A stretch of 63,619 bases of DNA, the filler included, from Collodictyon triciliatum (taxonomy: Eukaryota): NCBI GenBank assembly GCA_043381765.1. It is 7 parts of 7 records of this genome, joined end to end, with 100 filler letters (N's around TTAATTAATTAA, not from the genome) between each part and the next. Parts side by side here need not be neighbours in the genome. Positions count along the whole stretch, not along the records: positions 29,720 to 39,526 come from JBHJMP010002885.1; positions 39,627 to 49,438 come from JBHJMP010002888.1; 5 more parts are not named here. One strand, 5' to 3'. Each line of letters opens with the position of its first letter. Position 1 is the stretch's first letter. The translations under genes and the position numbers were made by a program. Under the pieces are notes generated by a model that was not told the DNA's origin, did no database searches, and saw only the letters and a list, made by a program, of their open reading frames with translations. Shown here piece after piece: positions 34,901-45,434 of the stretch.

Positions 34901-35721
34901 ATGCCACAATCTGAGGATTTCGAGTGAATACGATAAATTGGTGGATTTTATGAAGAATGAAAAAGTTGGTGGATTTTATTCTTATTACTGTGACATGTGT
35001 TGTAATATGGTTTTTAGGTTGTTGTGAGTATGCTGGATGACAACTATCGCTTCGAGTTTTATGAATGCTGGAGAGCGCTGAATAAGAACGGATATGACCA
35101 CAAATGTATATCGTGAGTTGGCTAAGGTGATAAAACTCAATTACATATATCAATATTTAATTTATTTTAATGGGTATGTATAACAGCAATTAAATCCTGC
35201 TGGCTCTGCACTGGTTGAATACTTTCGAGAAATCCAAGAGAATTCCTTTTTGATTCCGATTCTTTTGCACTGCATTTCTGTTGAGACAGATGAAGGTTTG
35301 GTCATTTGTTTTGGATTTTTGTGACTGTGTTACTGCTGTTGGTATATTTATATTAGGTTCAAATAGTAGAAATATGAATATACTGGGAATTGTTTATCGT
35401 CAACTTGGAAAATATTTTTTTATTCGATTTTGTGCATTTTGTCTTTCATTAAAACATTTTTTAGTAAACATGACAAAGCCCTTGAGTACTTCCAAAAATC
35501 ATTGGAAATTGCAATGAAAGTGTTTGGAGAAAGCCATTTTGATGTTGCTTATTCATTTAATAACATTGGGCCGTTTACGATGAATTCGGAAATACCAAGC
35601 GGCTCTGGACATGTAGCAAAAAGCCAACATGATTTTCAAGACTGTCTTTGGTGCAGACCATTCCCACACCAAAGATGCAGAAGAGCAAATGATGAATGAG
35701 CAGAAGAAGCTGACCCAATAA
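31911..35721 (+). pseudogene. DUF4062-NACHT-TPR (NPHP3/TEP1-like STAND NTPase) pseudogene
   Basis: RIFMSSTFRDMQK*RD, FIDLRWG, CPYFLCTFGSRYGW, GLSVTDYE, Walker A GAESGIGKS, Walker B LVIDAFNQL, GHPLYLRIVLDELRVFG, KLC-type TPR ALEYFQKSLEIAMKVFGESHFDVAYSFNNIG. In-frame stops at 32139, 33175, 34514, 34818 and 35614, plus frameshifts and decayed splice sites. Confidence 0.88.
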
Positions 35722-38329
35722 GTGTCTCGTCTGTCACCAATCCGTCTAAACAATCCATTCATCCATCTCCATACACTCTCCTTTCCGCAAAATCAACTGC
35801 ATGTGAGCACTGTGACAATGACCGCCAAACCGAAAGGCTGCATATGATAGCTAGCTATGCAGGGGCTGGACGAAAATAATAAAAATAATCAACCAATCTT
35901 TACCAGCTGATGCCGATAAGCGTGACACATGTCCTGTTTGTTTTCTAATCGACGTTGAGAATGTGTCACATGCTAAGTGGATGATTATGTGTTGATTGTC
36001 TATGTTCTAATGAGACTGTATGCTTTCATGATTTTTCGTATTTTTCGCTTGGTTACAAGTCGCAATGTTAGCTTCATGAACACAATATTTTCTTTTCTTT
36101 TTGCGCATGACGAGGGCTATAACATTTCATGCACTGCTTTGTGTGCCTTTACTCTTTGTCTTATATTTTTCATTCATCGACTTGAAAGCTGTGCGTATCC
36201 TTACTGATTGCATTATTGTCCGTTAAATCTGCAGTTTTTTGTTCTTCGATTAAACGGCAGAGTGTTTTGTTGTTTTGTATATGAGTTAATGCCACAGTGG
36301 CATTGGTTTTGTTTATTCTTTAACATTCACCTGCTAACTGCAATTCAATTCTTTTCTTTTTCTTTAATCTTTTCTTCTCATTACAATCCTTTCAATTTGT
36401 GCGACATGTTTAAGGATTTGACTTCGAATCACTGATCATCTTTTGCATGGACCGTACTGGCTGCTGTTTGACTGGAGAAGTAGATTGTAATCAAGAATTA
36501 TGTACTGTGCATTGGCTTGTAGGTGAGGTCTTGTGCTTGCATGAGAAAGGTAAGGCCATATTTATATATTTCATAGGTTTTATTTTGTGTAGATAATCTT
36601 TCTATGCTAGGTTTCTACAGAAGCTTTTCTTAACGTGTATGTATCCCTGGAGAAATAAGCATGGTTGTTTAATCTCACTTTGTAGTGTAAACCTCTACTA
36701 AATCTCAGAGTTTAGTGTACAGCCAGCTTTGTATCTTTCGCAGGAATTGGCACCAGTGATTGATTATATCCACAACGCATATATTTGGTGACATGTCTCA
36801 TGAAGACGCAAACTCGTTCATTTATTTGAAGATTATTTGCATTTCTGTGACTTGCTTCTATCTTTCTTATGAGATTGCTTTTTTATCTCCATGTCACCCT
36901 CGTTATTGATATTTATGTTTTTATTTTCGACTTTATTTTCTTGTTTTCAAATCACAATATCTACACTTGCATAAGCATGCGTTTTCCATGATTTTCTCTC
37001 ACAGCTCACAAAGTTGTTTCCTCATAAACATTTTCCAAAAGCTAATGTACTACGCTTAAGTCTCTCCATATTAATATGTCATTTAAAAAGCTCATCGAAT
37101 TATGAATAACATTTTGGTAATGCATGCATAATAGTTGCTTTTGCCGCACAAGTGCTTGATGGTAACAGATTATTTGGTTATGTATTTGTCTTTATGTTTC
37201 ATTTGAACGGTGCATGTCAATGTTGTCCTCTGTCCACTTGCCACCTTTTTGTCTTTTGCTTGGAATAGTTGACGATATTTTTTCCATCATAGCAAGCATC
37301 GCCCTCTTACCTCGTAATTGTGTGGTAATATGAGCTTTAAAGTGGAACTTATCCCCAGAAAAAAAAGAGATCCAAAATTTCATTTGTGTAAGTTGTATCC
37401 GTAACGATTGCACATAAAGCGCTGTGGTTTTTTAATCCTCCTTTACCTTCATGTGCTTATGTCTTCATGTTATGCACATTTTATTGCACTATCGTAATTT
37501 CTTCCTTTTTCTTACGACCATATGTATTTTGCATTCAGCCATGTTTGTTCCAAACGATTAATTTTACCTCATTACGCTTTCTTGGATAGCTTCTGGTCAG
37601 TCGCTCTCATATCCTGACTGTTAAATTGATCTGATGACTCTCTTTTATCATCTTCTACCACGCTTTATTCCGTTTTGATTCATATTCAATATTTTTAGTC
37701 TTGTTGAAAAAGGGCCTTCAAAATTAAAAAATTAAGCAAAATTAATACATGGACTTTTGCTATAACAGAAACAACAAATGGTTTCCCTTTAATGATTAGC
37801 AATCGCTTCACCACTCATGTCATTCTCTTTTTAAAAAAAAATCACACAGATAGATAGATAGATTATGGGATAGGTATCTTTATCATAATATTTCAATCCT
37901 TATTTTCATTTTAGTATGTTTTTACAATTTATATATATGTACGAATATAATTTTTTCAGGCCGTGAGTTTTTTTCGTTGTCCATCAAGAGGTTGTCAGCT
38001 TTTATAATCAAGTTTAAAAAATATTGGTAAATAAAACCATTCACCCTCAGCGATTAAATTTCAAGAGAAAACAAGTAAACTCTACGATGATTATGATTCA
38101 AGCAAAAACTAAAATAGCATATGCAATTAAACGTAATGTTTCAACAAAACATGAAGGTGTTGGAAAGAAAATGCGGTATGTTTTAATTATTAAATATATT
38201 CCAATACAAAATTGTGCAGAAAAAGATGCTATGAAGTGAGCCTTTTCTATATGTCCAGTAATCATATGAATGGTCGTCCAGGGCATACCTTCTCACGACA
38301 TCATCAGGCTTGCCATTAAACCTAAACAA

Positions 38330-38790
38330 ATCAGAGCAATTAAAGCATGCTTATATACTTGGCACTTCGGACATGTATATAAAGAAAAAAAAGTTATGTG
38401 TCTTCTATTTCATCTAATATTATTCATTGAAGTGCTTCTCAATCCATCCATATCATTTCTTATATCCTCCCTTATAATTCTATTAACGAAGATGTATTAC
38501 ACTTTTTGGGTTTCTCTTCTCTTTTGCAATTATATCTTTTGATACATAGCCAAACGGAGGAAGCAAGAAGCATAAAGAAAAAAAAAAGAAAACTTTCGTT
38601 CGTGCGATTTCTGCCTAATAATTGATGAATTAAAAAACCTAATCAAGTGTGTTTTGCTTGTGTTGAGAATGCTCATCGTCACCCTCTTTTTGCGTCTATG
38701 TTGAGTAATAAGGGCTTTCTGTCGATCTACTTCGGCCTTTGTGTAGTTGTGTGAACGGAGTTGTGTGACTGTACCCCTGAAGCTGAACAC
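38330..38790 (-). mobile_element. Possible highly decayed piggyBac-like transposase 3' remnant
   Basis: HNYTKAEVDRQKALITQHRRKKR resembles the piggyBac YNxTKGGVDxxDQ..Y...RK motif, and downstream YTCPKCQVY resembles the C-terminal Cys-rich domain. No TIRs were identified. Confidence 0.25.
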
Positions 38791-39935
38791 TGTTGACTTG
38801 ATTGCCTATGCGTTGTTTGTCATGTATAATTGTACAAATCATTCTCTCCCGCTATGACAGATTGGCAATAACACAACCTTATGGATTGACTTTGCCAATA
38901 GTTTCCTATGCACGACACAACAAAAAAAAACAAAAAACAAAAATGATTTGCAGAAAAGAAACATGTCGTCTTTATTTTTTATCTATAGTTTTTTTGTTTT
39001 TCACCGTTTTTTTTTTGCTCACTTCATTTGCTCATCTACACATTTTTGTTGTGCTTTTAATTGGAGTAATTAACGTGAGTTTTAATGCTGTTAAGTCATG
39101 AGATAATATCTCGATATAATCCTTTTATAAACGATATCACCCTTATATATATTCAATGATGATAGTTATATTATTGCACTATTTATCAATAACTAACACG
39201 AAAAAAAGCTGGCGCAAAACACAGTAAGTAGCAATGTTTCAAACTTCTATCCCACTGCTAATATTACATATTAATGAACAGATCCGCATAGAGCTATCCA
39301 TGAAACATACCTCAAGTTAACTAAATCTGTGAGCATATTATTTTGGCATATCCTAATAATAAAATTTCATATAAAACCTTTATTTAAAAATTATAATATG
39401 CTAAACAATTACATTACACAGCCCCTTTATAATATTACATATCTAAGCACAACCGCTCTTAATCAAGCTCAAACAAACCTGAGTAGGTACCTGGAGTGAG
39501 TGTTTCTTCACCAAATATTTTGGTATNNNNNNNNNNNNNNNNNNNNNNNNNNNNNNNNNNNNNNNNNNNNTTAATTAATTAANNNNNNNNNNNNNNNNNN
39601 NNNNNNNNNNNNNNNNNNNNNNNNNNTTTTTCTTTTTCTTTTTCTTTTTCTTTTTCTTTTTCTTTTTCTTTTTCTTTTTCTTTTTCTTTTTCTTTTTCTT
39701 TTTCTTTTTCTTTTTCTTTTTTCTTATCATTTTTTTGATTAGTCCTTCAATTGCTATTTTATTGTTTTTGTCTGTCATCAAGCTAAGTATTTAATTTTTC
39801 ACAAACGAGGGAATAAATAATCTAAAGTGTTTATTTTTGAAAATATTATAAATTTGCTCCTCATTCTGCATCTTGATAGAAAAAATTAAATAGATTAAAC
39901 TGCCGTGTTAAACTGTTATTTTTATTTCCGTTCCT

Positions 39936-40742
39936 TTATTCGGCCTTTCTTGAGGAATGTGGGATGAAAACTAGCCTTCGTGCAAAGACATGTATGTTTT
40001 GGTTTTCCATCAAAAATCCCACAATTGTGGTTGCGATGTGATAAAAGAAAGCACAGTGAACGACGTATTTTTCTGTGTCTATTAATCCTATGGTCGTAAA
40101 ATAAAGAAGAATGATAGCCAAAACCAAACAGAAATTTGGATAGAAAATGTCCTTTTGGCGTGAGTAACTATGCAAAACTCCCTTACTCTGCATGACATAG
40201 AAGAAAGCAACTCCTGCTGTGTATGATTCTTTCAAAGGATATCCAAATGTTAAATGTGTAGTAAGAGACAGAGCACGAATAAGGACACCAGCAAAAAGAA
40301 TGTAGTAAGTAGTTTTCATTACTCTACGGTGGCTCTCATGCTGCCTATTCACTGCGTGAAGCACTCCTTTTAGCCCATAGAATGAAGGTACTGCTGCAAA
40401 AACCATGTTCGACCCTGCGACAAAATAGACTTGCCAGTCTTGCCCATCACTACCCCGCTCGGCTTTATCCTTGGCTGTTAGTAAACTTGAGACAAAACCT
40501 GTAAAACATGTCACCAATAGGAAAATTATGGATAGTATGCCCCTCAATTTGTGCCATTTCGAAAAGCCAGCGAGCTGAAGTTTTGATAGCACCACACATA
40601 AAGTAGATACTGTAATATGAAGGAGCATCCAAGGAGTCATTGACTCTCTAATCCATTCGTAATAAGCAAAGGAAAATATCTGTTTCTTCGGAGACATACG
40701 GTAGCTCAGCCACGTGATAGCTATGAATAAATAGCCAGTCAT
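39936..40742 (-). CDS. DUF2306-like His-containing multipass membrane domain (C-terminal half of a disrupted fusion)
   Basis: 268-aa ORF with several TM segments and His motifs LLHIT, KWHKLRG, HESHRRVMKTTY typical of DUF2306-type proteins. Confidence 0.65.
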   Translation of the reverse strand: MTGYLFIAITWLSYRMSPKKQIFSFAYYEWIRESMTPWMLLHITVSTLCVVLSKLQLAGFSKWHKLRGILSIIFLLVTCFTGFVSSLLTAKDKAERGSDGQDWQVYFVAGSNMVFAAVPSFYGLKGVLHAVNRQHESHRRVMKTTYYILFAGVLIRALSLTTHLTFGYPLKESYTAGVAFFYVMQSKGVLHSYSRQKDIFYPNFCLVLAIILLYFTTIGLIDTEKYVVHCAFFYHIATTIVGFLMENQNIHVFARRLVFIPHSSRKAE

Positions 40743-40826
40743 CTCGATTGGTGATGGAAACCAGCCACCAGCATTTCTTAGAATCTTTCGTTTTTCTGGG
40801 TGACTAATCGGAGATACATGACCGCT

Positions 40827-41691
40827 TTAAAGTTCGGTATTCTGCTCGACCCAAAATATATGTCTTCTTGGATCCCCATATGAATTTTTATTCCTCTCAT
40901 ACAAGGACTCGAGAGATTGAAAGAATGCGTCCGAAAGAGCCTGCAATGAGCTAAAGTCCCCAGGATGTAAAGGACTTCCAACCACCATGACACGTTTCTC
41001 ACGATTCTTGAACGTTGGAATCGCAAAGGGTATCAGAATCTTATAATTTCTCACGAGTAGAGAAAAATCGAAGCGGAGGAACATATTCATCGTAGAGCCC
41101 AAAGACAAAAACTGGGATAACGGGAGTGGCCGATTCGAAGGCAATCTTTAGGAATCCTGTGTGTGAGCGAAAGAGAAAGACGCAATCAGCCCCTGGTTGT
41201 GCGTACCCCATTTCCTTAGCACCACCTGGGAGCAGGGCTACTGGAGTTCCGCCAGCAACTGCGTCGTAGATTTCGTTGCGAGAGGCAAGCAACATATTAC
41301 CTTTCAAGATGGACAGCCGCCCCCGTGTCGGGATGTAAGACGCACCGGAGCTCTGGGCCAACCGCACATGGCTTACCTTCGGGTCGCTTAAATGCAAGAC
41401 TGCTGAGGCGGGATAGTGTCCATGCGGGAAGACTCCCATCACAAAAGACGTGTTTCTAGGAAGTGGAGCTTCCAGCTTCAGATCCATCTGTTTGGCCCTG
41501 GCAATCAATCGCAACAGTTTGATGAAAAAGCGGTTTTCGGTGTATGGAACCAAAAAGTGGCCGAAGGCAGCGGCTATTGGTATGAATTTGTAGGGCCAAG
41601 CCACCGCATATGCAAGCACTCCGAAAAGCATACTTGATAAGGAGACAAACGGCTCCCAAACAGATAGCAGGCAGTAATTTCTAAGACACAT
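40827..41691 (-). pseudogene. DGAT2/MOGAT-family acyltransferase domain, frameshifted near 41065
   Basis: GVFPHG, ALLPGGAKE, HTGFLKIAFESATPVIPVFVFG; the C-terminus VMVVGSPL..FFQSLESLYERNK lies in the +1 frame. A possible short upstream exon spans 42001-41975. Confidence 0.85.
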
Positions 41692-42590
41692 GGGCACCTG
41701 AAGGATTGTGCAGGTTAGAGACACCAGGCTAAGAAAAAAATGCGTGCATAGATTGTTCTCAAGTCCACTGAAAGAAGAAAAAAAAAAGGGCTTTTCGGCA
41801 CTTTCTCGAATCAGAAAGTATTTTGCAGGCTGCAAAAAGTATGGCTTGTTTATCATTTTGAAGAGAAATTGTGTGGGGCAATAGTACGGGGTTTCCTGTT
41901 GTGGAAATATGATCAAATATGGAATATATAATGAATGATACGACTACTGAACGAAAAGGATTATTGGAATTTACGTCTATAGATTTATGCATGTGCAGCA
42001 TTCATACAATGGTGTAGATGAGCTCTAAGCTTTTTCTCTTCATTCTATTTACGGCATCACTAGCCAGATAATTGTGGTTTCAGTGGATTTTGGCCAGTGA
42101 TACGACAATATATCTTTCCCCACATTTTTTCTCGCTTTTTCTCTGTAATAGAAATTTTTTTGTTTAAAGCACATATCTGAAAATTATCGGCTCGGCTCTC
42201 CAGAATATCACACATGCCGAAGAGAGCACATTCCACTTAATATAATTGCCGAAATAACCCTTTAGAATTCCCTCAGATGAATAATATATGTAAAACTAAA
42301 AACAAAAACAAAAACAAAAACAAAATATAAGCGAATTAAGATTCAAAAAAAAAATGGAGCATATATAAAATTGTGTGGCAATTTCCTGAAAAAGCAATGA
42401 TGCATCTACATTGTTCTTGAATCGACACCCGATTAATAAAAAAAAAAATGAATTCGTAGAAGAGCATATTTATTAGGGATACTCTATTTTTATTTTATTT
42501 TTTGCAAAGTTGATGTAACGATGAATTTTTTGTCTTCATTGGAAGGTTCAGGATTATCGAGAGATACCTTCATGAATATCGAAAATGGTT

Positions 42591-43481
42591 CTAATTACTA
42601 ATCGACTGGTTCTTTGGAGGCTTGATGAACAAATCTGGTCTCTCCTCGTGGAATAAAAATCTATCTCTTCGACTATTGTACTTAATCTTTTCTTCAGGGG
42701 ATAAAGATGTCCATTCATCAGCAATAATTTGCATTACTTCCTTGTTGGATTTTTGTGGATTAGCATTTCTGACTCGCTGCCTTGCTTCTGCACTAAACTG
42801 AATGAACGGTTTGACATAAGTGCGACGCTGAATCTTAGTCGAGTTCTCCATATCATGACAAGCCTGTGCACCTTTCTTCATGGACGATCTTTTTTTCTTC
42901 CTACGTGTATGAGGAATCGTGTTTCCACTAACCTGCTTCGAATAACATGAATTAGTGAATCCAAATCTGCTGCTGTTCTTTAGATGAAGCGAGTCTTGAA
43001 AACGGCAGACTTTAGCAGATGGAATAAGCCTAGCTTTTCCATCAGTTTCATACAAGCCAGATGATAGTGGTTTGCAGGGACATAAAAGTTGTGGTGGCTC
43101 TGTACAAGGACAAATAGTTGAGCTGTCTACCTCTCCATCACCTGTGCGAACCTCTGGATTGCGGTTCGTTTCTGGGAAGGAATGCCCACGGTGATTATCG
43201 AGGACAGGCTTGCTTGAATCAAAATATTCGGGCTCCCTTTCTGCCACACAAGGGGCTTGCAAATCGAGCTCGCTGCAGTTCTCCAGGTAATCCTCAACAT
43301 GGAAACCAGTTTCCTCCAAGTTGCGCTGCTTGTGAACTAGGCTGCCATCAGAAGAGTTGGCGTCCAGACGGGATTGAGACTGCGCACTCACTTCATCGAA
43401 AACGATGACACCGGGTGAGGCAAATCTGGCATGCTGTTCTTCACTCCCCTCTTCGATAAAATATAACAAAGGCAAATCCAT
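42591..43481 (-). CDS. HMG-box protein, intronless, 296 aa
   Basis: C-terminal PFIQFSAEARQRVRNANPQKSNKEVMQIIADEWTSLSPEEKIKY with an upstream basic NLS RRKKKR. Confidence 0.85.
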   Translation of the reverse strand: MDLPLLYFIEEGSEEQHARFASPGVIVFDEVSAQSQSRLDANSSDGSLVHKQRNLEETGFHVEDYLENCSELDLQAPCVAEREPEYFDSSKPVLDNHRGHSFPETNRNPEVRTGDGEVDSSTICPCTEPPQLLCPCKPLSSGLYETDGKARLIPSAKVCRFQDSLHLKNSSRFGFTNSCYSKQVSGNTIPHTRRKKKRSSMKKGAQACHDMENSTKIQRRTYVKPFIQFSAEARQRVRNANPQKSNKEVMQIIADEWTSLSPEEKIKYNSRRDRFLFHEERPDLFIKPPKNQSISN

Positions 43482-44694
43482 GGAACCCTAACTCGAGGAA
43501 GCGTCAGGAAATTAGAATAATAATAAAAAATAAAAAAAACCGAAAATAATAATAAAAAGAAAAAGAAAACAGATCGCCCCTGAAGCCCTTTCAAACCCGA
43601 AACTAATGGTTACGTGTGTTGAGTTTTAATATGTTTTACAGCATAATTATAAATTGGGCTTTTCTCAGTGACCGTCGATTGGTTAAACGACTAAGACCTT
43701 TCTTTACCACTACTTTGTACTGCAGCTGCTTGAGCAGCAAGCTTGTTCACAGATATCCTGCCTTCGGTCAATCAAAGCATAATGGTGTTCGCAACTCAAA
43801 AGGCGTCGCGCGCTTGTTCGTGTGTCGACATTTCCAAACAAGTCGATGGAGCCAAACCAATATTCGCTTCTGTCAGTTTTCTGTGCGCGCTCTCTGTGAC
43901 GAAAATTTGGCGGCTGTGCGATTTCGTTGACAAATACAGTCATGATATTATACGCAACTATCTTACTTAATTTGGGTTATGGTATCTTGGTAAGCTATAT
44001 AAATACACTTTGGATTGGTTTGCAATAAGACAGAATGAAAAGGGTGCAATCGCCTGTTAGAAGGGTATGTGCAGAGGTTAGAGAATCTGCTGAATGGGCT
44101 TGGCAGTTATTTGTCTGGCCCTAATCAAATAATCAATCCACTAGGTGATTTGACTACTTCCTAGTCTCTCGATGTGCAAAGAGGCCTTATTCATATAATC
44201 AAAGTATGTCGAAAGCATGCAATGGGATGGTGAGCGCTAAATCACATATGTAATAATCGTAATATCAATTACGACAACCGGTTTATTATTCAAGTATATG
44301 AAGAGGATAATTCAGAAAGACACATAACTTTGGATTTGAGATTATGTATTTGCTACATTTAATGACGGATTAGGTTTAAATCAATCTATGTTTAATCACT
44401 ACAGATGAGTCATGAAAACGCTGATTTCTCTTTGATGATGAAAATCAAGCATGTGTTGAATACACGATTGCGTGTGTTATAAACTGTTTCAACATAATCT
44501 AAAGTCAGTTCAAATCCTGGACTTAGTTTGTGAAACCTCAAGTAAGCAGAGATTAAACTTGGTTATGGAGGGATGAGCGCTATCGCACAGACGGCCAATC
44601 GTTGCCAGTCGAAATCCGAAAAAATAATTGTCTCGCTTTAACATAATTCAAATGGGAGGTTGAAAAAAACTGTGGGTGAAATTGTGGAATCTTT

Positions 44695-44963
44695 AACTCT
44701 ATTATATAGTAACAAGTCCTATCCTGAAAGGAATCCCTGGGCCTCTTATCAAGCCCCAGGGTCTTAACCTCCTTTTTTCTTCTCACCCCCTTCTCTCTTT
44801 TCTCTATTCCTCATCTCTATACTCCTCTGATGGCACATCCGCCATCACTATCCCCTTTTTACCTCGGAATACTTGCTTGGTGGTTGAAAAAAGATTGTTG
44901 GCATGGGCACCAACAGCTAAGTCTGTCGTGAATAAAAAAAAAAAAAAAACTCTATTATATAGT
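44695..44963 (+). mobile_element. Short poly(A)-tailed retro-insertion (5'-truncated LINE or SINE) with 16-bp target-site duplication
   Basis: AACTCTATTATATAGT at 44695-44710 and 44948-44963. The insert ends in hairpin TGTTGG-N8-CCAACA, then AATAAA and poly(A) at 44931-44949. Confidence 0.75.
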
Positions 44964-45434
44964 TAAAGATTCCACAATTTTTTTTCTGGTCGACTGCCTT
45001 CTGTATGGTTCATGCGAAATGTTTGCTTCTGTCCAACATACTATCTTGGATTGATATTTGTCTGCGTATTACTGCAGGTCATTATTTTTATTTTTTTTAA
45101 TAGGTAATCTCTTCGTTTTAAGATGTTTTGGTTGATCAAAGCCTGCTTCGCTTCCCTGTTTGCTTGCGTCCAGATTTGTATATGATCTATTTCCAAAATG
45201 GACGATGAATCAATCTTCTTTTTTGGTTTTGTTTATTTGAAGGAAAACGGATACTCGCAATAAAAAAAAAAAAAAAGAAAAGAAAGAGAAAGAAAAGAAA
45301 AGAAAAGGAGGCAGGTTGCCGCAGTACTGATATCGGACCGAGTCATTCAAGGCGAACGCGACAAATACACATTCAAAGACACCGATTCGTGAGTGTAGAT
45401 TTGATATAAAGAAAGAAGCTGGTTGAAGCAGGTC

